Assembly (NCBI GenBank): GCA_977017575.1
Contig: CDRNVI010000029.1
Coordinates: forward strand, 310,001-374,000
DNA: 64,000 nucleotides
Direction of reading: 5' to 3'
Origin: Paramoeba atlantica
Lineage: Eukaryota > Protista > Discosea
Shown here: positions 46,401 to 57,374 of the stretch, in pieces
Layout: every line of letters starts with the position of its first letter
Numbering within the stretch: position 1 is the stretch's first letter
Program-made: the position numbers and the translations under genes
The notes under the pieces: model-generated
The model's database searches: none
What the model saw: the letters and a program-made list of their open reading frames with translations, nothing else
What the model was told of the DNA's origin: nothing

Positions 46401-49400
46401 TGTCCGCTCTGAAAAGTATTGGGATCAAACTGCTGCGGAATGAAACAGCTGAAAAAATGCCTGATAATTGCAGTTTTCTACAAGTATATGTCCTTCTAAG
46501 TAATGCAATCCAATATAGTGTGTCTGAAGATGTATACATTGACTGGCTTCGTACTTCATTATGCTGTGCACTTAACGATCATGATAAGTCTCTAGATGAC
46601 GCCAGCATGTCTTTGGAGAAGCCTTCAGTTGAAGAAATTGTGCGAAGAATATGCCAGATGCTCGCTCAATATCCAATAGTTAGACAAGTTAGTCTGCTTC
46701 AGAATTATTGCAAAGTGGTGAGCTCGGTTGCCAGCGATCGAATGACGTTACCAGTGAAAATCGCGAAACAGATTTGTGGAATGTTTTATAGTAGCACGAA
46801 CTCTCATTCACTTCTTGGGATTAAGTTTTGGGAATATGTCTTACAAGGGTTACGAGAAGTTTTTTGGCTATCAAGTAGAACTGAAAACTCAGTGTGTGAT
46901 TCTCCAGATAATAGAAATGCCGTTGCTTATAACATTTCTCAGTGTGAGTCTCTCTACCGACAGGAAGAGTGCTATTCCAGTTTTTTGTCGACCAAGTATC
47001 GGTTTCTCTGTGCTTTGCTGGCAACTTACGAACGCAAATGGTACCTTCTCAATGTGGGGCATTATCTTAGTCACAATAAGTCAGAAATTGATTGCGCAGC
47101 CTCCGAGAACGATGGAATGCAATCGTTACTTGATCCATCCGACTGTTTGCGTCTTGATAACTCGTCACTGCAAAAGCCTGAAGCTACGTGTTCAAAAGCC
47201 GTACTTCTTCTTTTACATATGGCACAGCTGTGTCACGAATACGACACCGGATTGAGGACGATCATAAAATACTACACTTTTAAACAGCTACGTGAATTAC
47301 AAAGCCGGCTACAGGAGGATTCGACATGCAGTTTGAACCTCAGTTCCAGTTTGGAATCTTCTAAGAGATTTCTACCGGATAGTTATGAAGTTCGAATCCG
47401 TGTGCGATAATGATTTGTACTTTGACCATGCGGATTTGGTACAGCACATTACATGTATATCGCCAGAAAGATTGGGTACAAGAAACAGTATCCACATCTC
47501 TTGCATGGAAAAAACAAGAGCTAATCCAATTTGTGGATGTTTAAGGTTGGATAACAATAGCTTGAATAGTCTCTCGCTCGAATGGGCAGTGGGTCAATCA
47601 GTCATGTTTTTTGATGAGGCTTTTGCTTACATACAAGAAGGCTTACCAGAGAGGGATAATTCTCGGAACGAGCAGGTAGTGGAGCATTTGAAACATCGTA
47701 CTTCTTCTAGTTTACGTAACGCGGAAGATCATTATCCTACATTAAGAAATAGAGGCTTTATTTCCGCTCGTTTATTACGAATGGCGGAGCGCAATATTAT
47801 TCCACGAACCAAACTTAAAAAGCGAGGCGCGGCAGGTGATATATGTATGTGCCCAATATGATGTATGTGCCCAATATTTGAGGAAGTGGTTCCCGATATC
47901 CCCAATAGTACATTCCTGAATTTACAAATCAACGGCTTAAATTCAGTGCATATTGCACCTCATGATTGTAATAAATCTTTCCGGAATGAACTGAACGAAA
48001 TGGATGGTCTACGCCTAAGCCTGGGGTGCACCCACCCGACCGAACTGTTACCATCGATTCCGGTCATCGATAATAGCAGCCTAAATGGTCAATCAATATT
48101 TAAGTGCAGGAACATCGAAAAACCCGATACTTTAACGTGGGGCTCTAGCCGAAAGCGTTTTGTCGTTCCGAACGTAAAACTGGCGTGGGTAAACCAAACA
48201 ATCCCGACTCACGCATTCTTGTGGGAAGACTCTCTTAGTGATTTGCTGCGAGTTGCATCACGTGCCCAAGAAGGAATATCCAGAGAATTGGTTGCAGAGC
48301 TGTACGATTTATGCAAATCTGACTATCACAAGACGACAGAACGTGCTCCGGAGCTATTCGTGAATTTCTCCGAGGTTCCGCATCACGTATTATTATTTTT
48401 TGCCCACAAACTAGAAGAGTTGTCATTTTTTAACTTACTCCCTCGCTCGTTGGTAACCGAATTCCTAGAGGATTCAAAGCTTACCATAACCACACGTTCA
48501 GTGCGACATATTGCGGAACGATATGCGAACAAAACACACGCGGATGAGATTAATTTCTTTATGTTTTTGTATGATACCGGCATGTTACATGCGAGATGTT
48601 GTGGTCCACTTGCGAGTCTTTGCACGCAGATATGGGAAGACGCGCGACGAATGAAACATAGAAAGGATTGTTCGGGATGCACAATCAACGAATGCTCAAC
48701 TGACCATATATTCTGTTTGGCTGTATGCGTCATTACGCAAGCCCTCGCGTGTGGAACATATTCGTCGAAAATCGTTGTCACCAGCCCGATGGTAGACCAG
48801 ACCGAAGATTTAACGCATTTGCTTCTCCGCATGCTTTCGGAAAAAGCGTTTGATTCGCTAGAATTTCGCAAAATACAGACAAAAATAGAAGCCGTACCAT
48901 CTGCTTGCTGGAAAAATGTAATCCCTCAACTGTTTTCTCTTTTGTCACATCCAAACCTAGTAGTTCAGCAAATTTCGCAACAAATTTCATTGAAAGTGCT
49001 AGCAAAATACCCAGCTGAGATAGTTTACCACATATTACGCAGCGTAAGTATTCCCGAAAGAGCTATGCAGGCGCACAGGAGTCTCATTCAACAGCTCAAG
49101 ACACAGTATAGTGGAATGTACAATCCACTACTGTCCGAAAATTATTGGTCGAAATTTGCGACGTACTTGAACTACCTGAAGAAGCTTGCAGAAAAATTTT
49201 GCTCCTTCCTAATTTAACGTTAAAACCCTGCATTTCCGATAAAAACGTTTTTCCTTGCACGAAGCTTTCGAAAAGATTACAGAAGCATAGTTCTGGTGTT
49301 CGAAACTTAGTTAATATTCTGAAGCGTCGGTCCATATTTTCGACATACACAGAAGAATTTTGGCATAAACATGGAGCTACTTTAACTGAAATATGTCATG

Positions 49401-49735
49401 GAGTCTCATTACTTCTGGACACTAATTTTTGGACTAGTGAAAGTTCGCAAGAGGTGTCTTCAGGCCATTCTCCGGACGGGGACTCGCTATATCGTTTGAC
49501 TTCCAAAGTTTTAGAAGAATTATCGAAGAAAGATGTAGACGATCACGGTCATAGGAAACTGCGAACCAAGTCATTTTTTTCGGAGTTACAGTTTCAGGCA
49601 GAAGACATTCCAATGCCTGGAATTCCGGGAACTAAACTTCATAGTATAGAACCGTGGCTTGAAGTACTAGGTACAAAGACAAGGCCTAAAAGGGTAATAT
49701 TTCGGAGTACTGAAGGTCACGATCATACAGTAGTG
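43452..49735 (+). pseudogene. Disrupted PIKK-family kinase gene, SMG1-like, cut off at the start of the kinase domain
   Basis: Consecutive ORF pieces 43607-44164, 44106-44558, 44521-45501, ~45480-45724, 45728-47410, 47385-47861, 47865-49217 and 49145 onward. Motifs WKNVIPQLFSLLSHP, DIPMPG and LGTKTRPKRVIF; homology ends near 49730 before a MITE. 5' start approximate. Confidence 0.7.
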
Positions 49736-49749
49736 TTCAGCCTCTTTTA

Positions 49750-50484
49750 CCCCCCCCCCCTACAGGTCTTGCATTTTGTTCGATTTTGGAAATATTTTGT
49801 ATGGGACTGTTTTTCGACCCAATCGTTCCGAATCCGAGGTCCTTTTCACTCGTGGACACCTGTATCATACCTAAGCCGGAAAAAAAACTGCAAAAAAGCC
49901 GATTTTTTTTTCACAACGTACATTTTTTTCAAAATTGGTACACTTGTTGGTGATTCATGACGAAGAAGCACCGCCCGCTGTGCTTACCTTCCACGACGCA
50001 GGAGCCTCGTGTGTCCCGAGATGCGCACGGCACTCGCGATCGATTGAGAGCGACTTAAGTCCTATAAGACACTCGAAAATTTTTATAAACTTAGCACCGG
50101 GTCCATCATTGAAACTTTTTGCTTTTTTTCTGAATATTAACCGGAAGCGTTTAAGAAAGCCTTCCGGGACTATAGTAAACGTTTTCTTTTGGTCAAGGAG
50201 GCTAAAGTGCATACCAGGAGGCTAAAGTGTATGACTAAATACTAGAGATTACTTTGCACACCTTTTCCACGTCTTCTGACCTACTTTACTACTGTTCCTC
50301 ATCCGAAACATTCAAAAAAATAAACCCAAAAAAATTGTAATTAGCTTTTTTGACCCCTACCTGGCTAGGGGGGGTAGGGGGTCGCTCGAGTGAAAAGGCC
50401 CTCGGATTTGGAACGATTAGGTCGAAAAACGGTGGTATACCAAATATTTCCAAAATCGGACAAAATACAAGACCTGTAGGGGGG
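49750..50484. mobile_element. Non-autonomous element (~735 bp, ~105-bp TIRs starting with a C-run)
   Basis: CCCCCCTACAGGTCTTG.ATTTTGT.CGATTTTGGAAATATTT...TTTTCACTCG is mirrored at ~50385-50484. Confidence 0.85.
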
Positions 50485-51045
50485 TTAGTTACAGTCGGGG
50501 TTAGTTATGCGCCGCTCGTGGAGAAGGGAATTGTATTTCTCACTCTTACGTTGGTGGGCGTTCTCATAGTTTTCCTCCCACGGCACAGTAAGCTCCAGAA
50601 TGAACTCTGTACCGTTTTTGAGGAGCACCCAGCCATCAGGTCTTAACAGTGAATCGTTCCGTCTTATCCATGATGGTGAGTCCCGTTCCCCCGCAAGATC
50701 AAAATGAGAGGATGCCGTTTCCGGTGACTGGCGGATGTGCCGCGCTAGAGCCCTCAAGACCATATCATGGCGTAGAGTATATCGTCCTTGTTGTAGCGAA
50801 CGTGTGCAGGTCGAGAGAACGTGACGCACGGGTTGTGTGCTCTCTCTGCAGATCGGACAATTCAGGTCTGAGTGGGCGTTCCTACCCCACTGAGATAGCG
50901 AAGGCAAGGGGGTTAGGGTCATGATTGATGCCATGAAACGCGTGATTTTTTCATTTTTTATGTTGTGGAGCGCAGACGCGAATTCTTGGGCGAGTTGGGG
51001 TTCGGTGGGGAACTGCCACCCGCACCCCCTCTTGGGTATAGTTGT
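50485..51045 (-). mobile_element. RLE non-LTR retrotransposon fragment (CCHC knuckle plus RLE), cut by the MITE
   Basis: CPIC...RHVLSTC, GRYTLRHDMVL, RPDGWV, ILELTVPWEEN...AHQRKSEKY; homology continues upstream to about 51045. Confidence 0.88.
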
Positions 51046-51099
51046 GTTGTTGATTTCACATCTTTAAAGATAGAGGATAGAGCTCTATTACCGACTTGC

Positions 51100-51450
51100 G
51101 CCTCTGATACAGTCAGTAATACAGATTATGCGAGACAAGTCTGGGGGTCTCCATTCCATTGTTTGCTGTCACGCCTTTGCCATATAATAAAACTCACGCG
51201 GAGGGCACGTTGTGAGAGATTCGCTCGACAAATTTTTCTCAGTTCTTCGTCCCCCCCGAATACAGCGTCAAGGTTGCCGGAGGATGTCAAAAGACGGCGG
51301 CGTGCTCCAATTTCGAATACAATAAGGAAAGTATTTGGGTGACCAGTGCGTCGTTCGTGCAGCAGCGCGATGTGTTTAATACGCATGTATTAGTTCGCGT
51401 GATTGACGTTGTCTTCCCAAGGGATGGTTAGTTCGATTGAGTGAATTCTG
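51100..51450 (-). mobile_element. RLE non-LTR retrotransposon 3'-terminal fragment
   Basis: IELTIPWEDNVNHA*...FEIGARR...RVSFIIWQRRD..W aligns by eye with the C-terminus of the 57470 copy. Confidence 0.8.
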
Positions 51451-51482
51451 GACATTTTCGATAGCTGCGCTAGTATTATAAA

Positions 51483-53135
51483 GCGTACGCGGACGACATT
51501 ACATTCCTTACAAACACACCTCAGGAAATGCAACAGGCAGTCCACGCCCTAACAACAGCACTTTCGAGATTGGGGCTGACACTGAACATTGGGAAATGCA
51601 GAGTTCAGCACATGTCCGTGGCAACAGGCAGTGGATATACAGGCAGTGGATATACATGTATGTATGACCAGACGCCCGCAGATTATGGCCAAAGGCACGC
51701 CTATTCCTCACATATGCGATAAAGGGAGTATGTTTTTGGGCATGACACTGGCACCCGGCGCACAACAAGGCAAAATTACCTTTCAAACTGTTAAGGCGAA
51801 ACTATCAGGTTGGTTGAGCAGAATCTCTGAGAGCGCTCACGACCCATCCGCTAAGCTTTGGATATACAATCACGCCATCATTGCTCGCTTGCGCTATGTA
51901 CTAACAGTCAACCCCGGACTTTCTTTTACTCATATGCTTCGACTGCAGAAACTAGCGACCCGGCACATCCGAAAGTGGCTAAATCTCGCTAAAGCCTCAA
52001 CGAGTGAGCTCCTTTACTCTGAACGTGGTTGGGCCCTCCTGAGCCTGTCCAAATTGTGGCTACACTGCACAGCCCAAAACCTAAATCAAATGAATGCTTC
52101 TCGGGATCCGGCGGTGCAGCACGCATTGCGAATTAAAATTAAGAACGAGAAAAGGCAGCGTTCACGCGGGCATGTGCGCCCGGCAGCCGTAAAATCAAAT
52201 GCGCGGTAAAATCAATACCGAGCATGAGGCGCATCTTGTACAAGCGGTATCACGGAGAGCACCTATCGCTGCCAGATGGTTCGGAGGAACGAACATCGGA
52301 GGAACGATGCATCGGAGGAAAGCATGGCAAAAAACTTTGCCGCTGCGGTGTGTAACATCAGGTCGACGCACCTGACGCGATTTGTCTCCTCTGGCCTCAC
52401 ACAGGCCCCGCTACCTACCAGGGCCGCAATTCACCGCTGGGGCATATCAACCCACACAGACATCATATGCCCGCTATGCAAGACAGAGGTACAAACCCCA
52501 AGGCACATTCTCGCGGGATGCCGAGTTGCTCTAGATCAAGGGCGTTACACTTTCAGACACGACTTCATCTTACGGGCCCTAGCTTACCATGTAAGCGAGT
52601 CCCCCCATACAACTCTCTCATTTCGACCTACCTGGCATGCGACGCCCTCCAACGTGGCTAGCCGATAATGACGGTATGCTGCGTCCGGACGGGTGGGTAA
52701 AGCTAAGGGACGGGAAAGAGTTCATTATTGAAATAACTTGCCCATGGGAGGAGAATATGCAGGCCGCGCACGAGCGGAAAATGCTGAAATACCACCACCT
52801 GTGGCATACGCGAAAAGAAAATCATCCCGAAACATACCTATTCGCCCTAGAGATTGGGGCTCGCGGAAGTCTTGAAGACTCGGCGAGTAAATTAGATATG
52901 CTCTTCTGCGAGGAAACAAAGCTGCGATGGAGTGTCGCCAACATTTGGTGACGAGAGCATTTAGGGGGAGTTTCACTATATACCAAAATCGGGACCGCGC
53001 AAACTGGAAACCCATGGATGTTTGCATTTCGGATGAGTAAACAGGAATAGCCAAACACGTCGTATGCGTGTACGGGATCATATATTGTGTGATCCCAGGC
53101 TATTTGACTTAATCTCTACAGTATAACTGTATGAA
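51483..53135 (+). mobile_element. 5'-truncated, frameshifted RLE non-LTR retrotransposon (RT C-half, CCHC, RLE, 3' UTR)
   Basis: Begins at AYADDITFL (51483); CPLC...RHILAGC, GRYTFRHD, RPDGWV, IEITCPWEEN; last stop at 53038-40; colinear with the 57470 copy. Confidence 0.9.
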
Positions 53136-53139
53136 TCCT

Positions 53140-53300
53140 TCCTTTATCTTGCCGGCGTCCTTGGTGCAGTGAAGCCTTGCATAATCAGCGTACGTGTCTC
53201 ACGGCTTGCGCTTCTTCCTCACAGATCATATACTTCGTGCTAAAGGTTTAAGAGTATGCCCGTTTCCGGATAAAGAAAAGGCGACCTAAGGAAAATGTAC
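53140..53300 (-). mobile_element. Short degenerate fragment of the same retrotransposon family (CCHC region)
   Basis: Translation KYMICEEEAQAVRHVR*LCKASLHQGR aligns without gaps to NCPICRESTQPVRHVLSTCTRSLQQGR of the 50485 fragment (13 of 26 identical by hand count). Confidence 0.7.
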
Positions 53301-53342
53301 CAACAAGGTACAGAAACTGTATCTTTATGTGATAGTACGGTT
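53301..53342 (-). ncRNA. Spliced-leader (mini-exon)-like sequence, possibly full length (42 nt)
   Basis: Minus strand AACCGTACTATCACATAAAGATACAGTTTCTGTACCTTGTTG. The 3' half matches the euglenozoan SL core ACAGTTTCTGTAC.T..TTG as recalled. It is followed by GTAC and then retroelement sequence, so it may be a retro-copied SL rather than an SL RNA gene. Confidence 0.7.
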
Positions 53343-53619
53343 CCGTTTGTGAGACCCGATGACTCATTGGGTTTTGTCTTTATTTTTGGGGTTCCGTTTA
53401 GGTTGTTAAGTACGGCGGAAAACTCCTTCGCTAATACAGTTTCGGAAGGGGCGTTCCACCACAGCGACGCAATAGGTGCTCTCTTTGGTGACCCAGTGCC
53501 ATAGAAAAGTGAAATTTGGTAAGAGAAGTGTAAAAAGGTGTAAAAGATGATGTATTGCCTGTGTTGCACTTGCTGAAGACCGTTTTGTATATTCCATTTT
53601 TGTTTTTACGATATGATAA

Positions 53620-53847
53620 ATGACGCGGCGATTTAAGGAAATGTTTTCTCCGGGCAATGCTGCGTTTCTGAGTGGTTGGATTGCAGCGTTCGCCCTAGCT
53701 CTTCTCCACATAATGCAATCATGGTCAGCGTGGAAGACTCAAACCCAAGTATCCGATGAACGAAAATGGATCGAATGGCGACGAGAACAAGTACGCGCTG
53801 CAAGAGAATCTAGACATCAGTCTTTTCTACCAGCTGTGAACTATTGA
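53620..53847 (+). CDS. Possible small single-pass membrane protein
   Basis: 75-aa ATG ORF on the coding strand; hydrophobic AFLSGWIAAFALALLHIM followed by a charged tail. Confidence 0.4.
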   Translation: MTRRFKEMFSPGNAAFLSGWIAAFALALLHIMQSWSAWKTQTQVSDERKWIEWRREQVRAARESRHQSFLPAVNY

Positions 53848-54324
53848 AGCAAAGTATCCCGGTTTTCGTGGGTACCATACAATTGAGCCCTTGTATTTGT
53901 ATGAAGTGTTCGTGTGAAAATCTTGCCGCTTATCATTCTTCCCATGAGTTTTTACATGTCTCTCGAATTACATTTTCTACATTTCAACATCCAATTTTGG
54001 AACCGTGTACGCTATCAGGAAACGTACTGGATTTCAGCGGTATGGAAGGCAAGTAAATTTCTTTCTCGTGCTGTACGATGACAGTGCCTTTAACTCGTTC
54101 CTGTGCAAAAGAACTTTGGCAATAGAGAGACCTTATGACAAATGGTGAATTCAAGCGAATATGTACGATTAATGTAAAAAATATAGGTAAAACAGTAGCA
54201 CTCGTTTTGTCATTCCGGGCAGAGGTATCTAAATAAAATGATGGGTTAGTTAAAACATTTCTCGAAATTCTGTTTTATTATGATTTATTTTATCTTCATA
54301 TTTAGAAAGTAGCCAAAAATTTAC

Positions 54325-55290
54325 ATGGGAAAAGACTTTTACACCACACTAGGGGTCGATCGCAACGCGAGTCCCGAGGCCATCAAAAAAGCTTACAAGA
54401 AGCTGGCACTAAAGTATCACCCTGATAAAAATCCCGGCGATAAAGCAGCGGAACAGAAGTTCAAAGAAATCGCCGAGGCATGTGACGTACTTACAGATGA
54501 GAAGAAGAAACAGATCTACGACACTTATGGGGAGGAGGGACTCAAAGGAGGTGTCCCCGAAGGGGGAGCCGGGATGCCGTTTACCTCAAGCGACGGAACG
54601 ACGTTTACTTTTACCTCCGGAGGGGCCGGGACGGACCCTCGTATGTTTTTTCAATCAATGTTTGGTGGGGAAGATCCTTTTGCGGATCTACTTGGGAGCA
54701 TGGGGGGTAGTTTTCATACCACCCGGGGTGCGGGATCCAGTCGAGGTCGTCGACAGCGAGCAGCGCCGGATTTTGAGCAGCCTGTGCGGTGTACGCTGGA
54801 GGAGCTTTTCTCAGGATGTACGAAGAAATACAAAGTGGAAAGAACTCTGCAAAGTGGCATGTTAGATAAAAAGCAGTTTGAAGTGAACGTCCAGCCTGGG
54901 TGGAAATCAGGAACGAAGGTGCGTTACGAGCAGGAAGGCGGATACATTTCGGGGTACAATAAACCCTGTGATCTTGTCTTCATAGTAGAAGAGAAACCAC
55001 ATGCAAGATTTAAACGGCAAGGGGATGATCTAACATACACCGCAGTGATCAGTCTTACCGAGGCACTGATCGGCACAACGATTAAAATTAGTGATTTAGA
55101 GGGAAAAGATGTTTCGGTTCCAGTACAAGGCGTCGTTCAAGGAGGTATAGTGCTGCGTGTACCAGGCCATGGAATGATGAGTAGCAAAAGCAAGCGACGA
55201 GGTGATCTGTTGGTCGAACTTCGAGTCCGATTTCCCACTTCTCTTACAGCCAAGCAACAGCAACTAGTACGGGAAGCCAATCTGCGATAA
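54325..55290 (+). CDS. Class B DnaJ/Hsp40 co-chaperone (Sis1/DNAJB-like)
   Basis: J domain with HPD (KYHPDKNPG), G/F region, and C-terminal domain [29 protein letters not shown]. Confidence 0.95.
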   Translation: MGKDFYTTLGVDRNASPEAIKKAYKKLALKYHPDKNPGDKAAEQKFKEIAEACDVLTDEKKKQIYDTYGEEGLKGGVPEGGAGMPFTSSDGTTFTFTSGGAGTDPRMFFQSMFGGEDPFADLLGSMGGSFHTTRGAGSSRGRRQRAAPDFEQPVRCTLEELFSGCTKKYKVERTLQSGMLDKKQFEVNVQPGWKSGTKVRYEQEGGYISGYNKPCDLVFIVEEKPHARFKRQGDDLTYTAVISLTEALIGTTIKISDLEGKDVSVPVQGVVQGGIVLRVPGHGMMSSKSKRRGDLLVELRVRFPTSLTAKQQQLVREANLR

Positions 55291-55479
55291 ACCGGAACAA
55301 GCTAGTTATGTGCACGTGCGAAAAGAAGTAGAAATAGAAAATATCATTCTTATGTCATTGACTCTGTGCTTATCGCCTAACTTTGAAAATGAAGGAGGTT
55401 TTCCTATTTTGCATGACCTGAACTATTGAATCCTAGTTTCGATTAGCACTACTACTGAACAGTGGTGTTCAGCGATATA

Positions 55480-55890
55480 CAGGGGCGGGCACGAACATGT
55501 GGGGGGGGGGGTCAAAATTCGTATAGCTTGTCGAATTTTGGAAGGTAGCACCGCACTGGAGAGCTCTCGCAAAGTTATATGCCGTCCAACAAGGGAAGGG
55601 TCCACAAGTCAGGCCGAGGAGAGGTCAAAAGGCCCGGTCCAGGAATCAGCGAATTGTTTGGGGAAAACCTTGCCCCCCAAGCAGTATTTCATCCCGCGTG
55701 AGGCGAGGCAGAGGGAGACCCCTAACTCCCTGATGTTAGGTAAGGGGAAGCACGAAAGTAGGGGAAAGAGTGGGAAAGTGGGGAAATTTGTTGGGTCACC
55801 TGCACTCAAACTGTGCCCAAAAATATTCAAAATTTCAAAAAAATGTCCCCTTCGACCAAATTTCAACATAAAATCGTTCCGAGTACCATA
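55480..55890. mobile_element. Left arm of a Tc1-like element
   Basis: TA|CAGGGG terminus; G-run-TCAAAATT and TTTTGGAA...GAGAGCTCTCG motifs shared with the 30743 and 62708 elements; subterminal repeat shared with 17990-18085. Confidence 0.65.
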
Positions 55891-55949
55891 AAACAATAAT
55901 TTGAATGATTAGAGCCCATTTAAGGTCACTAGCAAATTCTTGCTTTGTA

Positions 55950-57241
55950 TCATAACGCAGCAAGCTCACGGGGGGTAAACTCGGATTTTAGTAGAACTGG
56001 GTGATTTTCATCAACTCCAAGTTCCATCATTAAGACGAAATAAATATCCTTGCATCGATTGACTCGACGTCCATCTGGGCATGTGCACTGAGTGCCATTA
56101 GGACCAATATAAATCGTATAGTGACGGTCAGTTGCACCTCGTACCATGTACTTATATTGCCCAGTTTCGTTCCTTCCGTATCTCCGTCTTAATCGGATAT
56201 GCTCAACAACTGCTCTGCCCAATCTGGTGGTCGGCATATCTTCAGACGCAGAGCTATCATCACTACAAGTTTCTGATTCTGCATCACTTGAACATGAATC
56301 ATCAGAATCCAGTTCGTGAATTTCGCTATTTTTGGATGAGTGCCTCTCCAGAACGGTCATTAGTTTTTGAAAGCGTTTTTCAATTGTTGTCTTAAAGAAA
56401 ACCGTGCACAAGAATTGTGCGTGCTTGGCATGACTCCAAACTGCTTCCCCATTTGTGGAAAAAGCGCTTGCCATGTCCTTTAATACTAGAATGGGATGAC
56501 TCTGCGTTGTTTATGAATGTTTACGTGGGGAGAGTGTTCTCGAGAAAACGCATCGGCATGGCAAATAGTGAAATGGCGGCAAAAGGAATTTATTCTCCGA
56601 TATGCTCTCCACTCATCAGTGATCACCATTGCATTTCGTCCATCTATCACAGATCGGACGAAATCGTGACAGATCTCTCGTGTGCGTCACAAAGTTGCCT
56701 CCCAGTACGTTTGAACAGACTTTCCTCTATTAGAGTCGACTTCTGTAGCTGTCATGAACCAGAACTTGTGTTTTCGAGTTTGGCTCCCGCGGTGATGCGA
56801 CCTCTTTCCGATATACGTTTCGTCCACCATTACGTACTTCATTAGGTTATGAGGTCCACGTAAAATGCCGAAAATGTGCTGAATTTCAGAAATATACTTA
56901 TAAATCGAACGAATACATCGAGGAGCTTGTATTGCTATGTTGATTGGGAGGTTACCTTGGGCTACAAGGAGCCAAACGCGAAATTTGTCTACAATGTTGC
57001 AGTTTAGAGGAAAACGGTGACCAAATTCCGGAAGCTTTAGGCGGCATTTCGATCCGTCTGCAAGTCTTTTGAAACATTTGGTCTTCCGAGGAACTACTCC
57101 ACAGCGATAGTATGGCGTACGTTCTCCAAAAAAGTGATTCTTCATCCAAAACACCACATTTTCGGCCGTTATTTGCAAAATTGACGTGACAAACGCCAAG
57201 CAGGCAAATGTAGTACACCCGGAGCATTCCATGATAGACAA
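55950..57241 (-). pseudogene. Merlin/IS1595 (ISXO2-like) DDE transposase, apparently continuing into an acidic linker and SWIM finger
   Basis: VDETYIGKRSHHRG, then in-frame TGA at 56687-89, VITDEWRAY, HFTICH, then a frameshift near 56512 to NNAESSHSSIK. The downstream frame has an Asp/Ser linker and YMVRGAT...YTIYI...CTCPD...CK(D)IYFVL. Confidence 0.75.
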
Positions 57242-57374
57242 ATGGAATAAAAAATCGTTGTATGTGGCAAATATCGCTAACTAATCGAAGAAAACAGTTT
57301 TTAACAATTTTCTTTTCTAAAAATTAAAAGTGAAAAAAATCATTCTTGGATACAGTTTGAGTGGAGGATATTAT

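Noticed and set aside
44150-47410. Programmed +1 frameshifting: four successive +1 frame changes ending at TTT-TGA, TCC-TGA, GAA-TAA and CGA-TAA in the PIKK gene
   Set aside because: One shift coincides with a 19-bp duplication and another with an A7 run. The gene also has in-frame stops, -1 shifts and a MITE insertion, and all other long genes are uninterrupted. Decay or sequencing error is simpler.
51100-53135. Twin-priming inversion explaining the opposed retro fragments
   Set aside because: The inverted pieces come from the 3' end and differ in protein sequence from the plus-strand copy, so they are separate insertions.
53230-53342. Functional SL RNA gene (exon followed by GT and a CCG-GAAA-CGG hairpin)
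   Set aside because: Single copy with no array, the intron does not start with the usual GTATG, and the downstream sequence translates as a retroelement CCHC region. Kept only as an alternative.
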